From Coraliomargarita sp. (GTDB lineage: Bacteria > Verrucomicrobiota > Verrucomicrobiia > Opitutales > Coraliomargaritaceae): DNA of 64,000 nucleotides. The notes under the pieces were generated by a model. The model saw only the letters and a list, made by a program, of their open reading frames with translations. It was not told the DNA's origin and did no database searches. Where the stretch lies: positions 576,001-640,000 of the forward strand of contig OZ244160.1 in the NCBI GenBank assembly GCA_965216325.1, read 5' to 3'. A program made the translations under genes and the position numbers. Each line of letters begins with the position of its first letter. Positions within the stretch are counted from its first letter, which is position 1. Shown here piece by piece: positions 1-9,787 of this stretch.

Positions 1-42
1 ACGTTCCATCGTGTATTGGCTATCTGAGCTTGATCGGCGAAC

Positions 43-67
43 GGCAGCCTCGGCGAGGCTGCCCTAC
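43..67 (-). repeat. REP family A (GTAG-type), right arm of a REPIN truncated by the window start
   Basis: Reverse complement is GTAGGGCAGCCTCGCCGAGGCTGCC (GTAG plus hairpin). Identical to 653-677, and the preceding spacer resembles 610-652. Confidence 0.85.
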
Positions 68-111
68 CTGTTGATCGCATTTGCAGTTTGTGATCGCTGC
101 GTTAGGTTTGC

Positions 112-567
112 TTGATGTTGCCTGAAAGGAAGCGTTTGCCGCATGATCCGCCTCCGTGGGTTAAAGATGGCTCGATCTATTTCATCACGATCAACTGTGT
201 GCCGCGAGGACAGAATCAGCTGTGTCGATCCGAAGTGGCAGTGGCTATTCGAGAGAGTATCATTTTTCGCCAGCAACGTGGAGATTGGTGGGTTCAGCTG
301 TTTCTACTGATGCCAGATCATCTGCATGCGCTTGTTTCGTTCTCTCAAGCTTCGGGTATGAAGTCGACGATTTCGAACTGGAAACGATTTGCTGCGAAGC
401 AAATGAGAATCAGCTGGCAAGTTGGTTTCTTCGACCACCGAATTCGCGATGTGCATTCGCTGGTCGAAAAGGAGCAGTATATTCGAATGAATCCAGTTCG
501 GCAGGGGCTGTGTAATATCCCTGATGAATGGAGATATTGCTGGAATGCCGAAGGTTTGAAAGGGTAG
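112..567 (+). CDS. REP-associated tyrosine transposase (RAYT/TnpA-REP, Y1 HUH family)
   Basis: YFIT, MPDHLH (HUH), WQxGFFDHxIR and YIxxNPVxxGL motifs. Flanked by GTAG REPs on both sides. Confidence 0.9.
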   Translation: MMLPERKRLPHDPPPWVKDGSIYFITINCVPRGQNQLCRSEVAVAIRESIIFRQQRGDWWVQLFLLMPDHLHALVSFSQASGMKSTISNWKRFAAKQMRISWQVGFFDHRIRDVHSLVEKEQYIRMNPVRQGLCNIPDEWRYCWNAEGLKG

Positions 568-677
568 GGTCGTCTCGCCGAGGCGACCGTTCGCAGTGGT
601 GGCTGAATTTGCCATCCATTGTGGATTGGTTCTCTGAGCCTGATCGGCGAACGGCAGCCTCGGCGAGGCTGCCCTAC
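564..677. repeat. REPIN family A (inverted REP pair 564-588 and 653-677)
   Basis: GTAGGGTCGTCTCGCCGAGGCGACC ... GGCAGCCTCGGCGAGGCTGCCCTAC. Confidence 0.9.
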
Positions 678-777
678 CTCTACACGACCTTTTGCTTGAT
701 CTCGCACAAGGTCTTTGTCTTTATCCGCGCCTTCCCCGCCAACAGTTCCCCTGTTGGCGTTTGTTTTTATAACTAGC

Positions 778-2382
778 ATGGCACAAGCAACTTACTTTCA
801 ACAATGGTTCTCGAATCCGCGTAAAGACATTATCGCGGGCACGGTGGTCGCGCTCGCGCTGATCCCGGAAGCCATTGCCTTCTCGATTATCGCAGGCGTC
901 GACCCGAAGGTCGGTCTCTTTGCCTCCTTCTGTATTGCAGTGACGATTGCGTTCCTTGGTGGCCGTCCGGGCATGATCTCGGCTGCGACGGGTGCGATGG
1001 CGGTGTTGCTGGTGACATTGGTCAAGCAATACGGCATCGAATACCTGCTGCCGGTCACGATTTTGACGGGTATTCTGCAGATAGGTGCGGGCTTCTTTAA
1101 ACTCGGGGGGCTGATGCGCTTTGTGTCGCGCTCGGTGGTCACCGGCTTTGTGAACGCGCTGGCGATCATTATCTTCATGGCCCAGTTACCGGAGTTTCAT
1201 GGGCAAGGGCTCATGATGTATGGCATGGTCGCTGCCGGCTTGGGTATTATCTACGGTCTGCCGCGCATTACGACGGCAGTGCCATCGCCGTTGGTTTGTA
1301 TCGTGGTGTGCACCATCGTTTCCATGGTCTTTGATCTGGCGGCTCCACTTCCGGAGCAGGACGAAGCCAATTCTGAAGTCCTTGAAGAACTCCTCATTTC
1401 GCCCGGTGCGGTGACCGCTGAGCTTGAACTCGCTGAAGTCGCGGAAGAGCCAGCCAAATTGGATGGCCTGCGCACCGTCGGGCACATGGGTAATTTGCCG
1501 ACGGGTCTGCCGCAACTCGAAGCGCTCAAGGTGCCGCTGAACTTGGCGACGCTGGCCATCATTTTCCCATTTGCGATCTCACTGGCCATTGTCGGCCTGC
1601 TTGAGTCGCTCATGACGGCGACCATTGTCGATGACTTTACCGATACCAGCAGTAACAAGAATCGTGAGTGTGTGGGACAGGGTGTCTCCAATATTGTCTC
1701 CGGTATCTTTGGTGGTATGGCGGGTTGCGCGATGATCGGGCAATCGGTGATCAACGTGAAATCGGGTGGTCGGGGTCGACTCTCCACCTTCGCCGCAGGT
1801 ATTATTTTGCTCATCCTGATCTTGGTCTTGGACAACTTTGTGCGCCAGATTCCGATGGCGGCGCTGGTTGCGGTGATGATCATGGTTTCGATCGGAACCT
1901 TTAGCTGGCAGTCGCTTCTGGACCTTAAGGTGCACCACAAGACTTCCAGTGTGGTGATGATCACCACGGTCTTGGTGACAGTCTTCTCCCACAACCTCGC
2001 GCTCGGCGTGGGTGCGGGCGTATTGCTCAGTGCCTTGTTCTTCGCATACAAGGTATCCCGTCTGCTGGAGATCGATTCGGCGCTCGAAGTTTCCAAGAAG
2101 GAGCGTGTTTACACGGTGCGTGGTCAACTGTTCTTCGTCTCGGCGAGCAGCTTTGCTGATTCCTTCGATTTTAGCGAGGTTCTGGATAAGGTGCGCATTG
2201 ATGTGTCCAACGCACACTTCTGGGACTTGTCAGCGATTAACGCCTTAGACCGTGTTGTCTTGAAATTCCGTCGTGAAGGCACTGAAGTAGAACTCTTCGG
2301 TATGAATGAAGCCAGCAAGACACTCGTCCTTCAGGTCGCTAAGCATGACAAGCCGGGCGCGATGGACGAAGTCGGTCACTAA
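778..2382 (+). CDS. SulP-family inorganic anion transporter with C-terminal STAS domain
   Basis: [40 protein letters not shown] motifs and STAS-like C-terminus. ATG 778 preferred over 715. Confidence 0.92.
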   Translation: MAQATYFQQWFSNPRKDIIAGTVVALALIPEAIAFSIIAGVDPKVGLFASFCIAVTIAFLGGRPGMISAATGAMAVLLVTLVKQYGIEYLLPVTILTGILQIGAGFFKLGGLMRFVSRSVVTGFVNALAIIIFMAQLPEFHGQGLMMYGMVAAGLGIIYGLPRITTAVPSPLVCIVVCTIVSMVFDLAAPLPEQDEANSEVLEELLISPGAVTAELELAEVAEEPAKLDGLRTVGHMGNLPTGLPQLEALKVPLNLATLAIIFPFAISLAIVGLLESLMTATIVDDFTDTSSNKNRECVGQGVSNIVSGIFGGMAGCAMIGQSVINVKSGGRGRLSTFAAGIILLILILVLDNFVRQIPMAALVAVMIMVSIGTFSWQSLLDLKVHHKTSSVVMITTVLVTVFSHNLALGVGAGVLLSALFFAYKVSRLLEIDSALEVSKKERVYTVRGQLFFVSASSFADSFDFSEVLDKVRIDVSNAHFWDLSAINALDRVVLKFRREGTEVELFGMNEASKTLVLQVAKHDKPGAMDEVGH

Positions 2383-2405
2383 TCTTACCCCAAACAACAG
2401 ACATT

Positions 2406-3266
2406 ATGGCTAAGCCAAACATTCTCGCTTGCACCGACGGTTCGATCTACGCGCCGAGCATTTACGATCACGCTGCGTGGGCATCCAAGCAAATGGATGC
2501 GTCCGTGCACGTCTTGCACATGCTGAATCCTCATCATGAGGATCCGGTTAAAACCGACCTCAGCGGTTCGATGGGCTTCAATGCACGCAAGAACCTGATG
2601 GAAGACATCGTCGAACTCGAAGCAGCCAAAGCAAAGGTCGCGATCAAGCGCGGCGAGGCCATCCTCGAAGATGCAGAAGCGCAACTCCGCGACGCTGGGG
2701 TCAGTGAAATCCTTGCTGATCAAAAGCACGGCAAGCTCAGCGACTCTATCGAGAACTACGAGCGTGATGCAGACCTCGTGGTGATCGGAAAGCGCGGCAA
2801 CAATGCAAACTTTGAAAAGGGCCATCTGGGCAGTAATCTCGAGCGTGTGATTCGTAGTTGCCAGCACCCGGTGCTCGTGGCTGCACGTGAGTTCCAAAAA
2901 ATGGAGCGCTTCGTACTCGCGTTCGATGGCGGCGCGAGTGCCTTGAAGGCAGTCGACTACGTGGCAAGCGAGCCACTGCTCAAGGGCATGCACTGCTACC
3001 TACTGTATGTGGGCGAGGGCACTCCGAAGATCGAAGCAGCTCTCGCGGAAGCTGCGAAGAAGCTCGAAGCGGCTGGCTTTGAAGTGACGATTGAGCAGCG
3101 CGCGGGGGAGCCTGAGAAGGTGATCGAAGGCGTCGTGGCCCAGGATCATATCGATTTGTTGGTAATGGGCGCCTATGGGCACTCCAAGATTCGCCAACTG
3201 ATTGTCGGCAGCACCACGACTGCGATGATTCGCTCCGTGAAAATTCCAGTGCTGTTGTTCCGCTAG
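2406..3266 (+). CDS. Universal stress protein (tandem USP domains)
   Basis: ILACTDGS, DLVVIGKRG, LGSNLERV and LLVMGAYGHS..GSTT motifs. Directly follows sulP. Confidence 0.9.
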   Translation: MAKPNILACTDGSIYAPSIYDHAAWASKQMDASVHVLHMLNPHHEDPVKTDLSGSMGFNARKNLMEDIVELEAAKAKVAIKRGEAILEDAEAQLRDAGVSEILADQKHGKLSDSIENYERDADLVVIGKRGNNANFEKGHLGSNLERVIRSCQHPVLVAAREFQKMERFVLAFDGGASALKAVDYVASEPLLKGMHCYLLYVGEGTPKIEAALAEAAKKLEAAGFEVTIEQRAGEPEKVIEGVVAQDHIDLLVMGAYGHSKIRQLIVGSTTTAMIRSVKIPVLLFR

Positions 3267-3343
3267 TTCTTGACGGAGTGCGGACACTCTTGTCCGCATC
3301 AATGGATGACAGCTTGTTAGGCAGCTGTGATGCTCAGGTGTGA

Positions 3344-3584
3344 GGAATGGCACAACCTTAAGGTGAGCTTGAGTTGCTTGCGGCTTCTTTAAGGTAGGGT
3401 CGCTTCGCCGAGGCGACCGTTCGGCAGACTATTCGGAATTCCCTGGCAATGTGGATTGCTACGCTGGACCAATGCGCCATCCTAAAAATATTGAGGAGCG
3501 CGTTATCTTAGCGAACGGCAGTCTCGGCGAGACTGCCCTACCAAGCTATACCTCGCTTAAATGCTCTTAAGGTAGTGCCATTCC
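3344..3584. mobile_element. MITE-like segment bounded by 19-bp inverted repeats, containing a REPIN
   Basis: GGAATGGCACAACCTTAAG (3344-3362) and CTTAAGGTAGTGCCATTCC (3566-3584), one mismatch. Confidence 0.55.
3394..3541. repeat. REPIN family A (arms 3394-3418 and 3517-3541)
   Basis: GTAGGGTCGCTTCGCCGAGGCGACC ... GGCAGTCTCGGCGAGACTGCCCTAC. Confidence 0.88.
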
Positions 3585-3715
3585 AGGAGTGAGCACCCTT
3601 CTGCTATGTTGTTTTTACAATTTCGATAATAGTAACATCAAGGGCGTCCCTTACTTGACTTAGGGCGCGTAGGCTTCTTTTCTCAAGGGCTCTACTTCTA
3701 CTTGTCATACGCCCT

Positions 3716-6700
3716 ATGAAGAAATTACTTGCCGCGAACCGCAGCGAAATCGCTGTCCGTATCTTCCGTAGTGCAACCGAGATGGGTTGCCGCACCGTAG
3801 CCATCTATGCGAATGAAGACCGCTTTGGTGTTCATCGTTTTAAAGCTGACGAAGCCTATAAGGTTGGCTCAGGAAAAGGCCCGGTTGCTGATTATCTAGA
3901 TATCGATAGCATCATCGATCTTGCTAAGGATAAGCAGGTCGACCTCATTCACCCCGGCTACGGTTTCCTCTCCGAAAATGCCGGCTTTGCCAACGCTTGT
4001 GAGGCCAATGGTATCAACTTTGTTGGTCCTAGTTCGGATCTGCTGGCGCGCATGGGCGACAAGATCGAAGCACGCAAGATTGCGGATCAAGCCAAGGTGC
4101 CCACCTTGCCCGGCACTGAGGACCCGATTGCAGACCCAAACAAGGCGCTCAAGACTGCCAAGAAGATTGGCTTCCCGTTGATCATTAAGGCCGCCTTCGG
4201 TGGTGGTGGTCGTGGTATGCGCGTGGTCAAGGATCCAAAAGATCTGAAAGCTTCACTCGAAGAAGCGCAGGGCGAAGCGCAACGTGCCTTTGGTAACTCC
4301 TCGGTCTTTCTTGAGCGTTACATCGAACGTGCCAAGCATATCGAAGTTCAGATCCTGGGTGATAAGCAGGGCAATGTGGTGCACTTGCACGAGCGTGACT
4401 GCTCGGTGCAACGTCGCCACCAGAAGGTAGTCGAGATTGCGCCGTCGATTGGCCTGCCGGATGATGTGCGCACCGCGCTGTGTGACGCAGCCGTGCAGAT
4501 CGCAAAGTCTATCGGTTATTACAGTGCCGGCACGGTTGAATTCCTCTACGACCTAGATACTGACGAGTGGTTCTTCATTGAGATGAACCCACGCATTCAA
4601 GTGGAGCATACCGTTACCGAAGTGATTACGGGTATCGATATTGTGCGTAGCCAAATCCTGATTGCGGAAGGTCACAGCCTGCATTCCAAGGAAGTTGGCA
4701 TTCCGCAACAAGCCGACATCCCGCGCAACGGCGTGGCGATTCAGGCACGTGTGACCACGGAAGACCCAGAGAAGAATTTTGCACCCGACTACGGTAAGAT
4801 CGTAAACTACCGCTCCGCGGCCGGTTTCGGTATTCGTCTTGACGGTGCCATGGGTGATACGGGGGCTGTGATTACACCGTTCTATGATTCGCTGTTGGTG
4901 AAGCTTACGGCATCGGCGAGCACCTTCGAGCTCGCGATCCAGCGTATGGAGCGCGCACTCAGCGAAATGCGTATCCGCGGTGTGAAGACCAATATTCCAT
5001 TCATTGAGAATGTGGTGGGGCATCCGATCTTTGTTTCCGGCAAAGCAACGACCACGCTGATTGATACCTCCAAGGAGTTGTTCAACTTCAAGCGCCGCCG
5101 CGACCGTGCGACCAAGATCTTGAATCTGCTCGGTGAAACGATCGTCAATGGCAACGAGCAGGTGAAAGGCCGCCCAGTGCCCACCATGGATTTGCCGGTG
5201 ATTGTTCCGGAACATGATCACACTTCGAAGCTGCCACTCGGCACCAAGGATTATCTGACGAAGCACGGCCCGGAGAAATTTGCCCAGTGGACTCGTAAGC
5301 AGAAGAAGCTGCTGGTCACGGATACGACGATGCGTGACGCGCACCAGTCCTTGCTTGCGGCTCGTATGCGCAGCTATGACCAGCTCAAAGTTGCCGATGC
5401 GATCGCGCAGCGTGCGGGCGATCTCTACTCGCTCGAATGCTGGGGGGGGGCGACCTTCGATACCTCGATGCGCTTCCTGCATGAGAATCCGTTCAAGCGG
5501 CTGCGCCGTCTGCGTGAGCGCATCCCGAACATCTGTTTCCAAATGCTGCTGCGCGGCGCCAACGGTGTTGGCTACTCCAACTATCCGGACAACGTTATCC
5601 GTGGCTTTATTAAGCACTCGGCCGAATCCGGAATGGATATCTTCCGTGTCTTCGACTCGCTCAACTATCTGCCGAACCTGAAGGTTGCGATGGAGTCGAT
5701 CCGCAAGGATACCAACTCCGTCTGTGAGGCGACCATCTGCTATACCGGTGACATCCTCGATGACCGTCGTGACAAGTATTCCCTCGAATACTATGTCAAC
5801 ATGGCCAAGGAACTGGAGAAGATGGGCGCACACGTGCTGGCGCTCAAAGACATGTCCGGCCTGTGCACACCGCATGCGGTCTTCAAGCTAGTCAAGGCGC
5901 TGCGTAGCGAGATCGGTATTCCGGTGCATTTCCATACCCACGATTCGTCCGGCATCGCTGGGGCGTCGATCATCAAGGCCGCTGAAGCGGGCGTCGATGT
6001 CGTTGACCTGGCAACTGCATCGCTGTCCGGCCTGACCTCGCAGCCGAACCTCAACTCCATCGTCAACGCACTGCGTGGCGACAAGCGCGATACCGGCCTC
6101 GATTTGGAATTTCTCAACGAGCTTTCCATTTACTGGGAAGCGGTTCGCCAGTTCTACGGTCCCTTCGACACCAGCCCGAAGTTTGGTTCGGCCGAAGTGT
6201 ACACCCACGAAATGCCGGGTGGCCAATACACCAACCTCCGCGAGCAAGCCCGTGCGCTGGGCCTCGGTGCCCGTTGGCCGGAAGTGGTGCGCTATTACCA
6301 CGATGTGAACGAACTGCTGGGTGATATCGTTAAGGTGACACCATCCTCCAAGGTGGTCGGTGATCTTTCAATGTTCCTGCTGACCAAGGGTGTGGAGCCC
6401 GCAGATCTGGTGAATCTCGAACCCGGAACAGCCTTCCCTGAGTCGGTGGTCGACATGCTTTCCGGAGGCCTCGGCCAACCAAAGGGTGGCTGGCCGAAGC
6501 AGGTGCAAAAGGTCGTGCTGGGCGACCGCAAGCCATTCAAGGGCCGCCCGGGCTCACGTGCTGAGAAGGTTGACATCAAGGCAACCCGTGCCGAGTTGAG
6601 CACTAAGTTCAAGCGCGAGATTAACGATGACGATCTCTATGCCTACCTCATGTATCCACAGGTCTTCACGGACTTGATCAAATATGTGAAGGAATACGGT

Positions 6701-7153
6701 CACGCACGCGTGCTGCCGACACCGGCATTCTTCTACGGCCTTCAGCCAGGCGAAGAAATCACCGTCGAGATCGAAGAGGGCAAGACCCTGATCATTAAAC
6801 TCATCTACGTCTCTGAGCCAAACGAAGACGGTGAGCGCACCTTGACCTTTGAGCTGAATGGTCGCGCCCGTGAGTGCGTGATTTTGGATAAGTCGATTAA
6901 GACCGAAACCAAGAAGCGTACCAAGGCCGATCCTGCGGACAAGATGCAAGTGGGCGCGCCAATTCCGGCGATGGTGAGCAGTGTCTCCGTTTCGGTTGGT
7001 CAGAAGGTCAAGAAGAAGGAAAAGCTCCTCGTCCTCGAAGCCATGAAGATGCAGACCACGGTCTATGCACTCGCCGATGGCGTGATTGACAAGATCGAAG
7101 TCCAAGCTGGCGATCAGGTCGACTCCAAGGACTTGTTGGTCAGTCTCCGCTAA
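3716..7153 (+). CDS. pyc: Pyruvate carboxylase
   Basis: Biotin carboxylase (ANRSEIA, HPGYGFLSEN), carboxyltransferase (RDAHQS, WGGATFD, HEMPGGQY) and biotinyl (EAMKM) domains, 1145 aa. Confidence 0.97.
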   Translation: MKKLLAANRSEIAVRIFRSATEMGCRTVAIYANEDRFGVHRFKADEAYKVGSGKGPVADYLDIDSIIDLAKDKQVDLIHPGYGFLSENAGFANACEANGINFVGPSSDLLARMGDKIEARKIADQAKVPTLPGTEDPIADPNKALKTAKKIGFPLIIKAAFGGGGRGMRVVKDPKDLKASLEEAQGEAQRAFGNSSVFLERYIERAKHIEVQILGDKQGNVVHLHERDCSVQRRHQKVVEIAPSIGLPDDVRTALCDAAVQIAKSIGYYSAGTVEFLYDLDTDEWFFIEMNPRIQVEHTVTEVITGIDIVRSQILIAEGHSLHSKEVGIPQQADIPRNGVAIQARVTTEDPEKNFAPDYGKIVNYRSAAGFGIRLDGAMGDTGAVITPFYDSLLVKLTASASTFELAIQRMERALSEMRIRGVKTNIPFIENVVGHPIFVSGKATTTLIDTSKELFNFKRRRDRATKILNLLGETIVNGNEQVKGRPVPTMDLPVIVPEHDHTSKLPLGTKDYLTKHGPEKFAQWTRKQKKLLVTDTTMRDAHQSLLAARMRSYDQLKVADAIAQRAGDLYSLECWGGATFDTSMRFLHENPFKRLRRLRERIPNICFQMLLRGANGVGYSNYPDNVIRGFIKHSAESGMDIFRVFDSLNYLPNLKVAMESIRKDTNSVCEATICYTGDILDDRRDKYSLEYYVNMAKELEKMGAHVLALKDMSGLCTPHAVFKLVKALRSEIGIPVHFHTHDSSGIAGASIIKAAEAGVDVVDLATASLSGLTSQPNLNSIVNALRGDKRDTGLDLEFLNELSIYWEAVRQFYGPFDTSPKFGSAEVYTHEMPGGQYTNLREQARALGLGARWPEVVRYYHDVNELLGDIVKVTPSSKVVGDLSMFLLTKGVEPADLVNLEPGTAFPESVVDMLSGGLGQPKGGWPKQVQKVVLGDRKPFKGRPGSRAEKVDIKATRAELSTKFKREINDDDLYAYLMYPQVFTDLIKYVKEYGHARVLPTPAFFYGLQPGEEITVEIEEGKTLIIKLIYVSEPNEDGERTLTFELNGRARECVILDKSIKTETKKRTKADPADKMQVGAPIPAMVSSVSVSVGQKVKKKEKLLVLEAMKMQTTVYALADGVIDKIEVQAGDQVDSKDLLVSLR

Positions 7154-7175
7154 ACTGCGTGACCACTCTTAAAGC

Positions 7176-7202
7176 AAAGCCCGCCAACTCGGCGGGCTTT
7201 TT
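7176..7202 (+). terminator. Intrinsic terminator after pyc
   Basis: AAAGCCCGCC-AACTC-GGCGGGCTTTTT. Confidence 0.85.
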
Positions 7203-7249
7203 GTTTAGGTTGGGTTCCCTCCTTTAGGCGGATTCAGGAACAGGCTTTC

Positions 7250-7313
7250 GTCGCACAGGCATCTCGCCTGTGTTTTGAGGTCTACTAGGACACAGGCAAG
7301 ATGCCTGTGTTAC
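7250..7313. repeat. REPIN family B (degenerate GTCG/GTAA feet)
   Basis: CACAGGCATCTCGCCTGTG ... CACAGGCAAGATGCCTGTG. Siblings at 37507, 40342 and 62290. Confidence 0.8.
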
Positions 7314-7359
7314 GACTTTCCAGCTTGCACCGACGACGATTGAAACCAGCTTCGGTGAG

Positions 7360-8211
7360 ATGTCTCGTCTGTTTATTCTCTGTTCTCTTGTGATGGCCCT
7401 TGTTTGCGCGCAGAGCATTGCGGATCCGGTTGAGGGGCGCGTGTTGAGCCTTGATCCTAAAACACGCCTGCTGGAGCTGGAGCTGACCAAGTCGAAAAAT
7501 CAGGATCTCAACGTGGGCGAAACAGTTGTCTTCAAAGTGGGCCTCGGTGATGCAGCGATCGGTTATGTCGGCCGGATGATTCAAGGCAATGCGGCGAACT
7601 ACGCCAAACGCTGGAATCTGGAACAGGTCTTTCCTATCGATGGCGAGGGGGCTAAGGCGGTCAATGATGCGAACAAAAAACTGCGTGCGGAGACCGCTGC
7701 TATGTCGCGGCGTAAGTTTGTGCGTCAGGGCGACTTGATTCCAAATTTTGGCATGCTCGACCAGAATGGCGACTTTGTGCAAATCCGCCAGTATCGCGGT
7801 AAAGCCTTCGTGCTGAACTTTATCTTTACCCGCTGCCAAGTGCCAACCATGTGCCCAGCATCGACGACTCGCATGTCCGAGCTACAGGATACTGCCCGCG
7901 AAGCAGGGCTTGAGAACTTGGACTTTGTGACCATTACCTTTGACCCGCTGTTCGATTCGCCTGGGGTGCTGCGCCAGTATGCCAAAGGCTACGGTTTGGA
8001 GGGTGACAACTTTCACCTCTTAACCAATACGGATGAGAAAGTCATTGAGGATCTCCTGCGTCAGTTCGGGATCATGACGATCGAGGAAGACGGCACGATC
8101 AACCACACCATGGCCACGCTTTTGGTCGATGCCACGGGCCGTGTCGCCTATCGCAAAGAAGGCTCCAGCTGGACGGTTAAAGAATTCATGAAGGCAGCGA
8201 AAAAGCTGTGA
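7360..8211 (+). CDS. SCO1/SenC-family copper chaperone with N-terminal signal and extra domain
   Basis: FIFTRCQVPTMCP (CxxxxxC variant), ITFDP.FDSP and conserved His in INHT. Confidence 0.85.
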   Translation: MSRLFILCSLVMALVCAQSIADPVEGRVLSLDPKTRLLELELTKSKNQDLNVGETVVFKVGLGDAAIGYVGRMIQGNAANYAKRWNLEQVFPIDGEGAKAVNDANKKLRAETAAMSRRKFVRQGDLIPNFGMLDQNGDFVQIRQYRGKAFVLNFIFTRCQVPTMCPASTTRMSELQDTAREAGLENLDFVTITFDPLFDSPGVLRQYAKGYGLEGDNFHLLTNTDEKVIEDLLRQFGIMTIEEDGTINHTMATLLVDATGRVAYRKEGSSWTVKEFMKAAKKL

Positions 8212-8214
8212 GTT

Positions 8215-8244
8215 GAACCGTTAATTTACGTTAATTAACGGTTC
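8215..8244. repeat. AT-rich perfect inverted repeat (AACCGTTAA family, minimal form)
   Basis: GAACCGTTAATT-TACGTT-AATTAACGGTTC. Confidence 0.8.
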
Positions 8245-8257
8245 CCAAAATATCACC

Positions 8258-9154
8258 ATGACTCGTTCCAAGAAACTACCCCTGCTCAGTATCGCGATCA
8301 TCACGGTCGTATTCGTGGCTGCGTATTTTGCTTTGAGGGCGTTGCCGGATGCGCAGTGCGGCTTCCTGACCTATGAGGAAATTGTCCATGAGGACGGCAC
8401 CATCGAGTTTTGCGCGACCAACCATGCCGGCTTTTTGGATCTTTCACGCTTGGAGTATCCGATCTCGATGGATCTTGAAGTTACCGAAGATGCCAGTGCA
8501 GGAGAATCCGTTCCCGTCGCCCTTGTTCTTGAAACGAACAAGGGCCACACCATCGCGCCACATGAACTGGCGGTTACCCACGAGCGGAAGATGCATGTGA
8601 TGCTGATCGATCCAGCCATGGAGGACTACCATCACGTGCATCCGCAACCGGATGGTATTGGCGGGCGTTACACCTTTACCTTTGAGCCACAAGCAGATGG
8701 GCCGTATCGTATGTTTACCGAGATCGTGCCGATTCGCACACGTCGGCAGGTGATTGCTACGGGGGAGATTCCAGTGGGCACAGTCGGAAGTCCGCCAGAG
8801 TTTTCGCGCAGTCTGGAATCTGAAGTGGATGGCTTGCGCTTTCGCTTAACCGAGGTGCCTGAAACGCTGAAGATCAAGCGTGACTATCGTATTGAACTCG
8901 ATGTGAGTGCAGAAGATGGATCGCCGGCGCCGCTGGAAATGATCATGGGTGCTAAAGGGCATATGGTTGCCTTCGATGCCGCGGGTCTCGGCTTTGCGCA
9001 CATGCACCCGATCGACAGCTTGAAAGGGGCAGTGGATAGTGACCGCTTGGCCTTCTTGTTCAATGTGCCGAACCCGGGGTGGTATCGTCTCTTTGCACAA
9101 GTGCAGGTCGGGGGTCGCAGTATCTATGGCCGCTTCGATTTATTGATCGAATAG
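8258..9154 (+). CDS. Membrane-anchored putative metal-binding protein (two His-rich beta domains)
   Basis: N-terminal TM segment, HERKMH..YHHVHP and MGAKGH..FAHMHP motifs. Lies next to SCO. Confidence 0.7.
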   Translation: MTRSKKLPLLSIAIITVVFVAAYFALRALPDAQCGFLTYEEIVHEDGTIEFCATNHAGFLDLSRLEYPISMDLEVTEDASAGESVPVALVLETNKGHTIAPHELAVTHERKMHVMLIDPAMEDYHHVHPQPDGIGGRYTFTFEPQADGPYRMFTEIVPIRTRRQVIATGEIPVGTVGSPPEFSRSLESEVDGLRFRLTEVPETLKIKRDYRIELDVSAEDGSPAPLEMIMGAKGHMVAFDAAGLGFAHMHPIDSLKGAVDSDRLAFLFNVPNPGWYRLFAQVQVGGRSIYGRFDLLIE

Positions 9155-9200
9155 TGTTTCCACAGTTTGCAGATGACGCTGGATGTGCTCCTTATTCGGC

Positions 9201-9659
9201 ATGAAAACATCCAAGACACTACGCTTCTCTCTTCTGGTAACTTTATTGGTCGCGCTGGTTGCGCCGCAGATTGCTTCCGCGCACTGCCAAGTGCCCTGCG
9301 GTATCTATGGCGATCACGAACGTGTGCATGCCTTGCTTGAAGATGCTGAGACCGTCTCCAAAGCCTGCAAGATGATGGCAGAGCTTGCGGGTAAGGCCGA
9401 TGCCCAGTCGCAGCAGCAGTTTGTTCGTTGGGTGAATAACAAAGAATCACACGCTCAAAAGATTATCGAAATGATGAGCGATTATTACTTCACCCAGCGC
9501 ATCAAGCCGAGTCAGGGAGACTACACGGAGCGTCTGGTGGCCCATCACGCAGTGGTGCTTGCCGCGATGAAATCGAAGCAAAGCGCAGACATAAAGCATG
9601 CCGAAGCACTCTCTGAAGCGATTAGTGGCTTGATGCTCTATTATCCACACCAGCATTAA
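9201..9659 (+). CDS. sodN: Nickel superoxide dismutase with Sec-type signal peptide
   Basis: Nickel-hook HCQVPCGIY directly after an ASA cleavage motif. RWVNNKESHA helix. Confidence 0.9.
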   Translation: MKTSKTLRFSLLVTLLVALVAPQIASAHCQVPCGIYGDHERVHALLEDAETVSKACKMMAELAGKADAQSQQQFVRWVNNKESHAQKIIEMMSDYYFTQRIKPSQGDYTERLVAHHAVVLAAMKSKQSADIKHAEALSEAISGLMLYYPHQH

Positions 9660-9787
9660 GTGTGAAGCGCGGTAGCAGGAGCGTCCTCTGCTCCGCACCG
9701 ATTGACAAAGTGCGGTGGATTTGCTGCTATTCTGGCGAATTGCGCCGCGAGGACGCGGCTGCGCTACCTGTACAATCCAGAGTTCCC

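Noticed and set aside
5442..5451. Poly-G tracts in pyc, xerD (about 40207) and at about 48246 as phase-variation switches
   Set aside because: The coding tracts are in frame and encode conserved Gly-Gly motifs, and nothing here shows length variation.
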